A DNA stretch of 46,844 bases from Candidatus Brocadia sp. GTDB taxonomy: Bacteria > Planctomycetota > Brocadiia > Brocadiales > Brocadiaceae. The notes beneath the pieces are model-generated. The model was given only the letters and a program-made list of their open reading frames with translations, did no database searches and had not been told where the DNA came from. Below, piece by piece: positions 21,181 to 31,320 of the stretch (within the stretch, counting starts at the first letter, position 1; each line of letters opens with the position of its first letter). Location of the stretch: positions 1 to 46,844 of the forward strand of contig JBKBTA010000001.1 of assembly GCA_046291035.1 (NCBI GenBank). The letters are read 5' to 3'. Position numbers and translations under genes: made by a program.

Positions 21181-21297
21181 TTAATTAAGCCTTCGGCAGC
21201 TTTTTCAATGTAGCGCGAACTTCAGTTTGCATAGGATACAAGCGAACTGAAGTTCGTGCTACACCCGCAACTCTGCTCAAATAAAATTAAAATTCCT
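21181..21297. repeat. Tagged element TTAATTAAGCCTTCGGC - REP doublet - AAATTCCT
   Basis: Cargo TGTAGCGCGAACTTCAGTTTGC / GCGAACTGAAGTTCGTGCTACA; the same tags surround a different palindrome at 23381-23460. Confidence 0.65.
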
Positions 21298-21390
21298 GTA
21301 ACAATTTAGTTTTTTGAAAAAATCTTGACGAAAACAATATCTAAAGTTTATTACACACCCCCTTATCCCTCTTGAGAGGGGACTAAGGGA
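21298..21390 (+). repeat. GTAACAATTTAGTTTTTTGAAAA tag followed by a CCCTCT-TG-AGAGGG hairpin
   Basis: Tag matches 16216, 37270 (reverse) and 44743; the cargo differs. Confidence 0.6.
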
Positions 21391-21402
21391 TGGGTGGAAT
21401 AA

Positions 21403-22854
21403 TTATCCCTTAATAACGCACAACGGCTTTAGCTGTACAACTTTTTTACTGATGCCGGCGTGTTCGACAACATCCACAACTTCAGTTACATCCTTGTATG
21501 CCTCCGGTATCTCTTCGTCCAGCGTGGCTCGGCTGTCGGCGCGGACAAGGATCCCCTTTTCCTTTAGTTCCTGGGCAATACTTCGGCCTTTGGCCGTCCT
21601 CGTTGCCTGACCCCTGCTCATGACCCTTCCTGCCCCATGACAGGTACTCCCAAAGGTATCGGCATAGGCCTTCTCAGTGCCTACAAGCACATAGGAACAA
21701 CGCCCCATGTCTCCCGGAATCAAAACGGGCTGGCCTACCGATTTATACGCATCGGGGGTATCGGGATGATAGGGGGGAAATGCACGCGTTGCCCCTTTAC
21801 GATGGACACATAACCGCTTCTTCTCACCTTCCACGATATGATCTTCAAATTTAGCGATATTATGGCATACATCATAGACCGGAGATATTTTGGATTCCCT
21901 TGGGCCTATATGCAATGCCCTTTCAAAGGATTCTCTTACCCAGTGGGTAATCATCTGCCGATTGGCAAATGCATAATTGGCAGCGCAGGCCATTGCGGCA
22001 AGGTATTCCCGCCCTTCCGGAGAGTTAATCGGTGCACAACAGAGTTGTCGATCAGGGAGTTCTATGTTATATTTTCGCGATGCATCGATCATGACCCGGA
22101 GGAAGTCGTCACACACCTGATAGCCCAAACCTCTTGAGCCAGTGTGCACCACGATGGTAATGCCATCCTTTTCGAGTCCCAACACGCGGGCGATCTCATC
22201 ATTATAAACCTCTGAGACATAGCCAACTTCTACAAAATGATTTCCGGAACCCAGGGTGCCTAATTGTGCCAGACCACGTTCTATAGCCCGGTCCGAAACC
22301 AGTTCGGGGTCAGCCCCCGGGATGCAACCCCTTTCTTCGATATGTTCCAAATCTTCTTCTGTGCCGTAACCCTGCGAGACCGCCCAACGTGCCCCGTTTT
22401 TGAGCACATTTTTCACTTCCTGTTGGGAAAGTTTCAAATCTTTACGATGCGACCCTACGCCAGATGGGATATTGGCAAATAGGGTATTCACGACAGATTC
22501 CAGCTTATCGATAAGCTCCCCACGGTAAAGCCCGGTTCTCAGTAATCTTACCCCGCAGTTAATATCATAGCCAACGCCACCGGGAGAAACCACTCCTTCG
22601 TCCATGTCAAATGCCGCTACGCCACCGATAGGGAAACCATACCCCCAATGGATGTCTGGCATTGCAAGCGAATGTTTTATGACCCCCGGAAGAAAGGAGA
22701 CATTAATCACCTGTTGTAAACTTTCGTCTTTTTGAATATCTTCCAGCATGTGAGCATCGGCGTATACGATGCCATCTACCCGCATCTTACCTTCCCTTGG
22801 AATTCGCCAGCGATAATCATCTATCTTCTGAATTTTATATTTGTCATCTGCCAT
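21403..22854 (-). CDS. rtcB: RNA ligase RtcB (archaeal/eukaryal-like long form)
   Basis: MPDIHWGYGFPIGGV, VGYDINCG, LGTLGSGNHFVE, HTGSRG, HNIAK, HRKGAT, STCHGAGR, EE.PEAYKD, IKG. Confidence 0.96.
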   Translation of the reverse strand: MADDKYKIQKIDDYRWRIPREGKMRVDGIVYADAHMLEDIQKDESLQQVINVSFLPGVIKHSLAMPDIHWGYGFPIGGVAAFDMDEGVVSPGGVGYDINCGVRLLRTGLYRGELIDKLESVVNTLFANIPSGVGSHRKDLKLSQQEVKNVLKNGARWAVSQGYGTEEDLEHIEERGCIPGADPELVSDRAIERGLAQLGTLGSGNHFVEVGYVSEVYNDEIARVLGLEKDGITIVVHTGSRGLGYQVCDDFLRVMIDASRKYNIELPDRQLCCAPINSPEGREYLAAMACAANYAFANRQMITHWVRESFERALHIGPRESKISPVYDVCHNIAKFEDHIVEGEKKRLCVHRKGATRAFPPYHPDTPDAYKSVGQPVLIPGDMGRCSYVLVGTEKAYADTFGSTCHGAGRVMSRGQATRTAKGRSIAQELKEKGILVRADSRATLDEEIPEAYKDVTEVVDVVEHAGISKKVVQLKPLCVIKG

Positions 22855-22923
22855 AAAATAAAACCCCTTTTCTCAATACGAAAGCGTTCAGCTGTTAGCA
22901 TTCAGCAAAATGGATAGACAATA

Positions 22924-22953
22924 TAGGGGGCGAACGGCCGTTCGCCCCCCTAC
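22924..22953. repeat. GTAG-type REP palindrome
   Basis: TAGGGGGCGAACGGCCGTTCGCCCCCCTAC. Confidence 0.65.
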
Positions 22954-22961
22954 TGCTTTTC

Positions 22962-23378
22962 CTATATATCAAATATAATCCGTGCCTTCCATTGGCGATC
23001 TTCCTGGACGATTGATAAACAATGATGGGTGACGGCCTTGATCTCAGTTTTTATCACATGTTTATCCTCACGAAACATCTCACCCCATATGGATGCGTTT
23101 AATTGATTGTCCTTAATGTCTGTAATACAAAAATCCTTGAACAGGAGATTTTTTACGTCATGCAAGTACAATAATTCACTTAACCAATTGACGAGGAGTT
23201 GTTCTTTATCTATACCGTAAATATTTATTTTATATTCGGCTGTACCTTTCACTTTCGATAAGTCCGTAATGATATCAAATAATGCAAACGCCGCATTTGT
23301 GAATAATTCCTGTAATGAGCCACCGAATACGTCTATGCCGATATCTGCGGTGTGGTCTATAAGGATGTATTTCTCCAT
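22962..23378 (-). CDS. Archease (RtcB cofactor)
   Basis: IDHTADIG, ELF.NAA.A, WLSELLY, EIKAVTHH, IIFDI C-terminus; adjacent to rtcB. Confidence 0.94.
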   Translation of the reverse strand: MEKYILIDHTADIGIDVFGGSLQELFTNAAFALFDIITDLSKVKGTAEYKINIYGIDKEQLLVNWLSELLYLHDVKNLLFKDFCITDIKDNQLNASIWGEMFREDKHVIKTEIKAVTHHCLSIVQEDRQWKARIIFDI

Positions 23379-23380
23379 TT

Positions 23381-23460
23381 TTAATTATGCCTTCGGCGCC
23401 TTCTATTAATAGCGTAGTGGCAAGGTGCACCTTGCCACTATATGGTCATTTGAAATTCCT
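23381..23460. repeat. Tagged element TTAATTATGCCTTCGGC - REP palindrome - TTGAAATTCCT
   Basis: Cargo GTAGTGGCAAGG-TGCA-CCTTGCCACTA. Confidence 0.65.
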
Positions 23461-23476
23461 TGAATATCGAGTTAAA

Positions 23477-23938
23477 TTACGGCATGATAAAATCGTGCTC
23501 AGGATGTCTGATAGTAAGCACCGGACAGGGGGCCTTGCGAACTACTTTTTCTGCTACACTGCCCATAATTGCATGGGATAGCCCCGTCCTGCCGTGCGTA
23601 CCAAGCACAATCAAGTCAATCTTGTAATCCCTGGATGCCTTGATGATCTCGGCAAAAGGGACCCCCTGGATAATGATGGCCTCAACTGGTATCCTGCCCT
23701 TCGTATCTTCATTTACACACCTGAGCAACCTCTCTCTCAACTTTTCTATCGTTTCTGTGTCTACTATACTGACGTTGTATAGATCCGGATCGCTAATGTC
23801 GTAGACACGAATATCCAGCACGTGCATCAGGTAAAGCTTTGCCTCGTATTTTTCAGCAAATTCGATCGCATATTTTAAGGCCATTTCTGAATAAACCGAG
23901 TAGTCAATCGGGCAGAGTATGTTTTTTATATTGATCAC
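23477..23938 (-). CDS. Universal stress protein (UspA family)
   Basis: ILCPIDYS..S, DLIVLGTHGRTG...MGSVAEKVVRKAPCPVLTI. Confidence 0.94.
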   Translation of the reverse strand: MINIKNILCPIDYSVYSEMALKYAIEFAEKYEAKLYLMHVLDIRVYDISDPDLYNVSIVDTETIEKLRERLLRCVNEDTKGRIPVEAIIIQGVPFAEIIKASRDYKIDLIVLGTHGRTGLSHAIMGSVAEKVVRKAPCPVLTIRHPEHDFIMP

Positions 23939-23952
23939 GCGTCCCCCTCCTT

Positions 23953-26304
23953 TTATTGTTTTTTAATGAGTACCGTATCTATGGCGTCATCGATCTTTTG
24001 GATATAAACGCACTGAATTTTGTCACGGATTTCCTTGTCAATTTCTTCGTAATCGTCTTTGTTTTTTAATGGGAGCACAATCGTCTTTACTCCGGCCCTT
24101 ATGGCCGCAAGCACCTTTTCTTTTACTCCTCCAATAGGTAACACATTTCCCGTCAGTGTGATCTCCCCGGTAAGCGCCACCTCTCTCCTTGCAGGTCTGC
24201 CTGTCAATAGTGAGATCAGTGCCATACACATGGTAATACCCGCGGAAGGACCGTCTTTCGGTATGGCACCGGAAGGGACATGAATGTGGATTTCTGAGGT
24301 ATCATAGAAATTCTCATCAATACCCAGTCGTTTTGCATTGCTGCGGACATAACTGAGTGCAGCAATGGCCGATTCTTGCATAACGTCGCCCAGTTGTCCC
24401 GTGAGAGTTAATTCTTTTTCTCCCTTCATTCGGGATGCTTCCACAAAGATGATGTCCCCGCCTGTCTCTGTCCAGGCAAGGCCAGTAACCACTCCGATCC
24501 GGTCTTCTTCATCGGTAACCTGATAGAAAAATTTTCTTGGACCGAGAAATTTTTCTACTATCTCCGGCGTTATTTCTTTTGTGACCTGTCCACCGGCGAC
24601 TATCTCTTTTGCAATTTTCCTACAAATTGATGCAATCTCACGTTCAAGGTTTCTCAGTCCCGCCTCTCTGGTATATTCCCGAACGATCTTATAAATGGCT
24701 TGATCCTGAAATATGACAGGATGGTTTTCCAGTCCGTTTTCTTTGATTTGCTTCGGGATCAGGAATTGGTGCGCTATTTTCAATTTTTCGTCTTCACTGT
24801 ACCCAGGTAAATATATGACCTCCATTCGATCCCTCAGCGCGGTATGAATGGTATCAAGGATATTGGCTGTCGTGATAAATAATACATGAGAAAGATCAAA
24901 AGCAACGTCAAGGTAATGGTCTACAAAACTGACGTTTTGTTCAGGGTCCAGGACTTCCAGCAGGGCGGAAGCAGGGTCTCCCCGAAAATCTACGCCGATT
25001 TTATCAATCTCATCGAGCATGAATACCGGATTACTGGTTCCTGCGCGACAGATTTCCTGCATGATACGCCCTGGCAATGCGCCTACGTACGTACGCCGGT
25101 GTCCCCGAATCTCTGCTTCATCGCGGATACCCCCCAAAGAGATGCGAATAAATTTTCTACCCAGGGCACGCGCAATTGACTTCCCCAATGATGTCTTCCC
25201 CGTTCCCGGAGGACCACAGAAACAGAGGATGGGGCCTTTCAGTTTTTCTTTTAATTTATGTACCGCCAGGAATTCAAGGATACGTGCCTTAACCTTCTCC
25301 AGGCCGTAGTGGTCTTCATTCAGAATCCGTTCTGCCTGACTGATTTCCAGATTGTCGATCGTCTTTTTGTTCCAGGGGATATTAATGAGATAATCCAGAT
25401 ATGTCCGGGAAACCGGATATTCAGCCGATGCTGGATTAATATCCCGTAATCTGTCTAATTCTTTGAGAGCCACCTCTTCAACCTCCTTGGGCATCTTTGC
25501 CTCTTTAATCTTTTCTTCCAGTTTATTGATTTCTTCCATGTGGGGGTCTTCTTTTCCTAATTCCTTCTGGATAGCCCTTAGCTGTTCCCGCAAAAAATAT
25601 TCACGCTGGGTCTTCGACATTTCTTTGGCGACTTCTTCGTCTATCTTCCCCCGAACCTCTTTCAACTGGACTTCCTTATTCAGGTAGTGGAATACGGCCC
25701 TCAATCGTTTCTGTGGGTCAAGCATCTCCAATAATTTCTGCTTTTCATTCACAGGTAATTCCAGATAAATGGCTACCAGGTCAGCCAGGATTGATGGGTT
25801 ATTGATGCTGTCTATCATTGAAATAATCTCTTTTGGTAACCTCTTCCCCAGCATGGCACTCAGTTTAAAAAGCGTTATAACGCTCTGTACAAGTACGTCG
25901 ATAGTTTCGGATTTTTCTGTAAATTCCCGGACTTCTTCCACCCGTGCCCTATAATAGGGCTCTGTTTGTACAAATTCTGTGACCTTGATCCGCATCGCGC
26001 CTTCTATAAGGGTTTTTACGTTGTACGAAGTAGACTCTAACACCTGAACGACCTTTGCAGCCGTCCCCACCTCGTAAAAGTCATCGGGTGTTGGCGAATC
26101 GAGAGTATACTTTAGCGCTACAATACCGATAAATTCGTTTTTAGAAACGGCGTCGTTTATTGCCTTTACCAACCATTCTCCGGTTAGGTCTAACGGGAGA
26201 ATCAGGTGCGGAAAAATCACCTCGTCCCTCAGCGGGATAATGGTAATGATTTCTGGCAGAGTTCCATCGCCCCGTTTGTGAAAAGAAAATTGGGTTTTTT
26301 TCAT
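23953..26304 (-). CDS. lon: Endopeptidase La (Lon)
   Basis: N-terminal PLRD.VIFP, GPPGTGKTS, RGHRRTYVGA, LDEIDK, PKDGPSAG and IGGVKEK catalytic dyad motifs. Confidence 0.96.
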   Translation of the reverse strand: MKKTQFSFHKRGDGTLPEIITIIPLRDEVIFPHLILPLDLTGEWLVKAINDAVSKNEFIGIVALKYTLDSPTPDDFYEVGTAAKVVQVLESTSYNVKTLIEGAMRIKVTEFVQTEPYYRARVEEVREFTEKSETIDVLVQSVITLFKLSAMLGKRLPKEIISMIDSINNPSILADLVAIYLELPVNEKQKLLEMLDPQKRLRAVFHYLNKEVQLKEVRGKIDEEVAKEMSKTQREYFLREQLRAIQKELGKEDPHMEEINKLEEKIKEAKMPKEVEEVALKELDRLRDINPASAEYPVSRTYLDYLINIPWNKKTIDNLEISQAERILNEDHYGLEKVKARILEFLAVHKLKEKLKGPILCFCGPPGTGKTSLGKSIARALGRKFIRISLGGIRDEAEIRGHRRTYVGALPGRIMQEICRAGTSNPVFMLDEIDKIGVDFRGDPASALLEVLDPEQNVSFVDHYLDVAFDLSHVLFITTANILDTIHTALRDRMEVIYLPGYSEDEKLKIAHQFLIPKQIKENGLENHPVIFQDQAIYKIVREYTREAGLRNLEREIASICRKIAKEIVAGGQVTKEITPEIVEKFLGPRKFFYQVTDEEDRIGVVTGLAWTETGGDIIFVEASRMKGEKELTLTGQLGDVMQESAIAALSYVRSNAKRLGIDENFYDTSEIHIHVPSGAIPKDGPSAGITMCMALISLLTGRPARREVALTGEITLTGNVLPIGGVKEKVLAAIRAGVKTIVLPLKNKDDYEEIDKEIRDKIQCVYIQKIDDAIDTVLIKKQ

Positions 26305-26313
26305 CGTTTCAAT

Positions 26314-27432
26314 TCAGCAGTTCGAATGCGCCTTCTTCGCCACCTTGGCAGCATAGAGTGCCTTGCTTGCCTGTTCAATTAAGTCAGTAATGTTTTTTGT
26401 CGACGCGGTAATGGAACTTGTTCCTGTCGTTACACCAAAATTAATAATCAAATTTTTCTCTTCGTCTTTTACGAAACACTTCTCTATCGCGTTTACCAAT
26501 AGACCTGAGATTTTATCCAATTCTCCATGATCGATTTCTGGTAATATGATTAAAAACTCGTCATCCCCAAACCGGGAGACCACATCGGATGGTCTCATAT
26601 GTTTTTGAAGACATTTTGAGACTTCCATAAGAATACGATCTCCAATAAAGTAGCCATATCGATGATTGAGAGATTCAAGGTGGTCGATGTCCATGAGCAG
26701 ACATGATAATGCCTTATTTTGAGTCCGTGCCCGATTAAACTCATTCTGCAGGATTACGAGTGAATATCGTTTGTTGTAAATATTGGTTAAACTATCCCGC
26801 ACCGCATGATGATTGACCATATCGTTTAATTGATGTATTCTAGCCTTTAAGCTTTGCAGGTTCTTATCGGTTCTTTTTCTTTCATCAAAATTAATCAGAA
26901 TGCCGTTATAATGGGTTACGTTGCCCCATTCATTCTTGATGGCATTGAGATGATCGGAGACCCAGACATACGTCCTGTCTTTTTTTAATAACCGATACTC
27001 TATCGTTGCTTCGCTTCCATTTTGCAGCTTTTGGATCTGTTTCGACACCTTTTCTCTATCATCGGGATGAACCATCTGAAGCAAGAAATCCCGTGTTTTG
27101 TAAATTTCATCCGGTTTGTATCCTACCAGCTTTTCTATCCCGTCGCTGATGTATTTCACAGAACCGTCAAACATGGAGATGTACACGATCTCCGGGGCGA
27201 TATTCATGACCCTGTGAAATAATCTTTCAGAAATGGTATTCGATCCCTTCTCGGTCTCTTTATTGTGCTCATCGTCATTAACTAGAAACTGCAGGGTACA
27301 GCAAAAAGCCAAAACGACAAGGCCGAAGGCGAGTCCGTTTAGTTTAAAAATACTTACCATGGAGCAATTCATGGCAACCAAAATTCCAATAGCGCAATAC
27401 TTATATTTGCCGATAAGTGTCTTCAATGCCAT
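26314..27432 (-). CDS. Membrane PAS-GGDEF protein with degenerate active site (GDDEF) and intact RxxD I-site
   Basis: Two TMs; PAS (VHPDD, EYR); DSLTN..N.R, DIDHLE, RPSDVVSRFGDDEF, ALYAAK. Confidence 0.85.
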   Translation of the reverse strand: MALKTLIGKYKYCAIGILVAMNCSMVSIFKLNGLAFGLVVLAFCCTLQFLVNDDEHNKETEKGSNTISERLFHRVMNIAPEIVYISMFDGSVKYISDGIEKLVGYKPDEIYKTRDFLLQMVHPDDREKVSKQIQKLQNGSEATIEYRLLKKDRTYVWVSDHLNAIKNEWGNVTHYNGILINFDERKRTDKNLQSLKARIHQLNDMVNHHAVRDSLTNIYNKRYSLVILQNEFNRARTQNKALSCLLMDIDHLESLNHRYGYFIGDRILMEVSKCLQKHMRPSDVVSRFGDDEFLIILPEIDHGELDKISGLLVNAIEKCFVKDEEKNLIINFGVTTGTSSITASTKNITDLIEQASKALYAAKVAKKAHSNC

Positions 27433-27484
27433 TCTTTTTCCCCAGGAATACCATAAAATCCAGTTACCATATCACAAAAGAGAT

Positions 27485-29356
27485 TCAGGAGGCCTGTGTA
27501 ACAGGCGCATTTTTCCCATTGGCCTTGTGAAGTTCTTCCAGGAGTTTTTTCAGCTCTTCTCCCTCTATAACCTCCTGTTCCATAAGTGTCTTTGCCACAC
27601 CTTGTAAAATTTCCTTTTTTTCAGTCAATAATGCTTTTACACGATGGAACGATTCATCCATGATCTTCTTAATCTCTAAATCTATTTCTCGTGCCGTTTC
27701 TTCGCTATATTCTTTACTGGCAGCAAATCCTCCGCTCAGAAAGAGTGGCCTGTCACCTTGCTCGAAGGTCACCAGACCCATCTTATCACTCATGCCGTAT
27801 TCCTTGACCATCAACTTGGCGATCTCTGTAGCCTTTTCTAAATCGTTCTGAGCGCCTGTTGATATTTCGTTAAAAACAATTTCCTCTGCAACCCTCCCCC
27901 CGAGTAATATTGCTATTCGGTCCAGAAGTTCAGCCCTGGTCATGAGATATCGGTCTTCGGTCGGTTTCTGTAATGTATATCCCAATGCCCCGATACCACG
28001 GGGAATCATCGAAATTTTGCGGACAGGGTCTGCATGCGGTACAGAGCATGCGACCAGCGCATGGCCTGATTCATGATGGGCAACGATCTCCTTTTCCTTC
28101 TTATTCATCAAGCGCTTCTTTTTCTCGAGACCTGCCATAAGACGGTCAATTGCCTCTTCAAATTCTGGCATCCCCACGGCCTTCTTATTTCTTCGTGCTG
28201 CAAGCAACGCCGCTTCGTTCACGAGATTGGCAAGGTCTGCTCCAACAAACCCCGGTGTCATGGCGGCAATTGAATGTAAATTGATCTCCTTTTCCAGTTT
28301 TACCTCTTTTATATGCACTTTCAGTATTGCTTCACGACCATGAAGATCGGGTCGGTCAACGACTACCTGACGATCAAACCTTCCCGGCCTTAAAAGGGCA
28401 GTATCCAGCATTTCGGGGCGGTTGGTGGCGCCCATGATAATTACCCCTTTGTTGGAATCAAATCCATCCATCTCGACCAGCAACTGGTTGAGTGTCTGTT
28501 CCCGCTCATCGTGTCCGCCCATAGGATTTGAGCCTCGGGCCTTGCCAAGGGCATCAAGTTCGTCAATAAAGATAATGCACGGTGCCTTCTGATCCGCCTG
28601 GCTAAACAAATCTCTCACCCGTGCGGCACCGACACCGACAAACATCTCAACAAATTCTGAACCACTCATATTAAAAAATGGCACTCCCGCCTCACCTGCC
28701 ACAGCCTTTGCCAGAAGGGTTTTTCCCGTTCCAGGGGCCCCCACAAGCAAAACGCCTTTCGGTATCTTTCCCCCCAGGGCACGAAATTTTTCAGGTGTTT
28801 TCAAAAATTCAATAATCTCCTGTAGTTCCTCCTTGGCCTCGTCGATTCCCGCTACGTCATCGAAGGTAACGTTCAGATCCTCTTGTGCATAGAGGCGGCC
28901 TTTACTTTTACCAAAGGTCATGATACTGCTGGCTGGACCGAATCGTTTAAATACAAAGCGCCAGATCACAAACAAGATTAATAATGGCATTACCCAGGAG
29001 AAAAAGAACGTCTTAAACCACGGACTCTCATAATGTCCTGCATACCTGACTCCCATGGACTCCAGGTCTTTTACCAGGTCAGGGTCATCCACACGTGCCG
29101 TAATAAAGACCGCATTTTTTGTAGTGCCACGTTCTATCTCACGCAGTTTGCCACGAATCATTGTATTGGTAATATGGCATTCCAGGACATTTCCTTCCTT
29201 TATCATCTTTTTAAAATCACTGTAAGTGATATCCCTCACCCCGGGATTCATCAGATACATCTGCAGCAGGATAAAGAATCCAAAAGTAATAATAATATGC
29301 CAGATGGAAAGCTTCTTTGGCATTTTAAGCTGTATTTTTTTGAAATCCTTAAACAT
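27485..29356 (-). CDS. ftsH: ATP-dependent zinc metalloprotease FtsH
   Basis: Two TMs, [36 protein letters not shown]. Confidence 0.97.
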   Translation of the reverse strand: MFKDFKKIQLKMPKKLSIWHIIITFGFFILLQMYLMNPGVRDITYSDFKKMIKEGNVLECHITNTMIRGKLREIERGTTKNAVFITARVDDPDLVKDLESMGVRYAGHYESPWFKTFFFSWVMPLLILFVIWRFVFKRFGPASSIMTFGKSKGRLYAQEDLNVTFDDVAGIDEAKEELQEIIEFLKTPEKFRALGGKIPKGVLLVGAPGTGKTLLAKAVAGEAGVPFFNMSGSEFVEMFVGVGAARVRDLFSQADQKAPCIIFIDELDALGKARGSNPMGGHDEREQTLNQLLVEMDGFDSNKGVIIMGATNRPEMLDTALLRPGRFDRQVVVDRPDLHGREAILKVHIKEVKLEKEINLHSIAAMTPGFVGADLANLVNEAALLAARRNKKAVGMPEFEEAIDRLMAGLEKKKRLMNKKEKEIVAHHESGHALVACSVPHADPVRKISMIPRGIGALGYTLQKPTEDRYLMTRAELLDRIAILLGGRVAEEIVFNEISTGAQNDLEKATEIAKLMVKEYGMSDKMGLVTFEQGDRPLFLSGGFAASKEYSEETAREIDLEIKKIMDESFHRVKALLTEKKEILQGVAKTLMEQEVIEGEELKKLLEELHKANGKNAPVTQAS

Positions 29357-29665
29357 AAAAACTCCTTAGATAGAAATCACATATTTAAAATATTTAGAGA
29401 TAATATCTCATTTCCCCGCCTTGGCAAAGAAAACTAAATTCCCCTTCCCCGCCAATCTCTTTTAAATGTTGCTTATGAAATAAGTTTTAAAAACCTTTAT
29501 TCTTTAATATGGGAACTTCGGTAATATACTCATGTTATTTTAACAGAAAGAACTACATCACTCAAAAGAACTTTGTATCGACCAGGAACTTCGTTGATAG
29601 TTATCCTGCACATTGAGAGTGAGTTTCATTTCTCCCATCCAGAGATTTTATTCTGTAACAACTAA

Positions 29666-29965
29666 TCACCAGACATCTCTCAGTGTCTTTAGCCCTTCCA
29701 GATAGTCCTCATATTCCAGGTTTGCCTCGATCCCGTACTCTTTGAATATATCCATCATCCTTGAGATTGAAACGCCGGCTATGTGAGCGGCTTTTTCAAC
29801 GGATGCCTCTGATTTTTTGTATTTCTCTATGGCAAGCATTATCCTGCCAAGGTCAACAAGTTCCCTTATCGCCTTTGAAACGTCTTCTTTTTCCTCTCTG
29901 GCAAGAGAAGAGAGAAATTTGTAGTCATTGTCATCCATGCGTATGCTCAGGGTCTTTGTTGCCAT
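29666..29965 (-). CDS. UPF0175-family antitoxin with RHH-like N-terminus
   Basis: TKTLSIRMD; AIEKY....S.EKAA.IAGVS; ATG at 29965 after GGAGG; coupled to the PIN gene. Confidence 0.75.
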   Translation of the reverse strand: MATKTLSIRMDDNDYKFLSSLAREEKEDVSKAIRELVDLGRIMLAIEKYKKSEASVEKAAHIAGVSISRMMDIFKEYGIEANLEYEDYLEGLKTLRDVW

Positions 29966-29966
29966 C

Positions 29967-30467
29967 TTAACCACCTCCCTTTAGTTGTTTCGTAGCATCG
30001 TTCATTATTGCCTTACTGTACCTGCCGGCAGTCTGCAGTTTCTGTAACTTGATAAAGGCACTATCCCTATCCATAAGGTTCTTTTCAAATGCCCTTACAA
30101 GAATGGCGATTGTCGTAGCAAAACTTATCTTTAGCATTTTACATGCCCGTATTGCATTTCTGTCATCTGTTGCAATTACATGTATATCTTTCCTGAGTGC
30201 GAGGATAATTGCCTCTGCCTCCCCGCGGTCTATAGTAAAGTCTTCCATCAATTTCTTCATCTGTATAGCATTTTTGATCTTTACAACATCAATTTTTTTA
30301 TCTTTGATTAATTTTACTATTGCAGGCGACTCTTCCATGCGCTCTTTGCATACTTCCACCATAACACTCTCGGGAATAAGAACTTTGCCATGAAAATTTG
30401 AGATAAACAAATCAAGCAGGTCTGCCTTAGCTAGAAGAATCATTGTAGAAGAGTCAAAAACGATCAT
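29967..30467 (-). CDS. PIN-domain toxin, DUF3368-like
   Basis: MIVFDSS..I.LAK, V.IP.SV..EV, IDRGEAEAIILA, TDD..A; start at ATG 30467. Confidence 0.85.
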   Translation of the reverse strand: MIVFDSSTMILLAKADLLDLFISNFHGKVLIPESVMVEVCKERMEESPAIVKLIKDKKIDVVKIKNAIQMKKLMEDFTIDRGEAEAIILALRKDIHVIATDDRNAIRACKMLKISFATTIAILVRAFEKNLMDRDSAFIKLQKLQTAGRYSKAIMNDATKQLKGGG

Positions 30468-30473
30468 GAAGAA

Positions 30474-30503
30474 ATTGTATGGCAAATGTATTACAAATGT
30501 CAA
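30474..30503 (-). promoter_or_regulatory. Sigma70 promoter of the PIN-antitoxin pair, probably leaderless
   Basis: TTGACA-18 bp-TACAAT, 6 nt before the ATG; spacer holds a repeated CAAATGT and a TGTATTACA near-palindrome. Confidence 0.6.
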
Positions 30504-30593
30504 CACCATAAATTATTATTCCGTATGGAAACCCCGAAGGTTAGCAACGTCTAAGATCGAGCTCAAACTCAGGAGACAAAAAGGGATGAGCAA

Positions 30594-30653
30594 CTATCCT
30601 TTTATAATTGGTTTTCCTCCGGGTATTTCTTTATTTGCCGTTATTCTTCCCAT
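30594..30653 (-). pseudogene. DUF433 antitoxin N-terminal remnant
   Basis: GGAGG RBS then MGRITANKEIPGGKPIIKG*, matching the DUF433 start RI..NPEI.GGKP.IKGTR. Confidence 0.7.
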
Positions 30654-30754
30654 AACAATACCTCCATTTTTTGAATAATCTTTCAAGATATCCTTCCTCT
30701 TTACTACATGTCATTGATCCATTTTTATAAGGCTTAATACAGAATTCTGCCATT

Positions 30755-30888
30755 TTATCTAGAATCTTTGGTATTAGAAGATAGAAATCTTAGTGTTCTT
30801 CTCAAAAGCTCTCGAAAAGGCACTTGTTCAGAAACAATGATACCAGAGTGTTTCCTGCCTTTTTCTGCATAGGCCTTTGATAATATGG
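30755..30888 (-). pseudogene. DUF5615 PIN-like toxin C-terminal remnant
   Basis: Hand translation KAYAEKGRKHSGIIVSEQVPFRELLRRTLRFL; the 5' part is cut off at the repeat element. Confidence 0.55.
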
Positions 30889-31062
30889 CCTAGCGCAGCT
30901 ACGCCGCAACCAAAAAGATGCAGGCAGTACACAGTTGGCAGTAGGCAAAAAGTGATACATTTCCATTACAAACTGCCAACTACCTACTGCCTACTTAAGC
31001 GGACAAATGGGCTAGTTACTAAAAAACTTACAAAAAAAAGAAGTTTTTACAGAGTAATACTA
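30889..31062 (-). repeat. About 180-bp dispersed MITE-like element, copy B
   Basis: Inverted copy of 12771-12952, differing by a heptad indel and point changes. Confidence 0.85.
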
Positions 31063-31086
31063 TTTGGTGTTTTTGGTATTTATTCC

Positions 31087-31320
31087 CTATGCAACAAGCT
31101 TCTCCATATATCCTTCTCTTTTACTCCATACCATTGGTTCAATCTCATAAGCCTTGAGGGCATGCAGGGTATCAGGAGTAATTTCTTTGTCCTGGTCATT
31201 AAGAACAGCAAGGGCAATCGAATTTTCAGATCTTATCTTTCTGGTACTTTTTTAGATGACGGTATGACAAAATCAAAATGGGCATTTATGGCGAGCATTG
31301 CCTGTAATAGATTTTCGTCT
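31087..31320 (-). pseudogene. DUF1828/DUF1829 protein remnant
   Basis: ENLLQAMLAIN, HFDFVIPSSKKVPER*, then a shifted frame RSENSIALAVLNDQDKEITPDTLHALKAYEIEPMVWSKREGYMEKLVA*. Confidence 0.65.

Noticed and set aside
21403-22854. Intein in RtcB
   Set aside because: 483 aa with continuous motifs and no insertion
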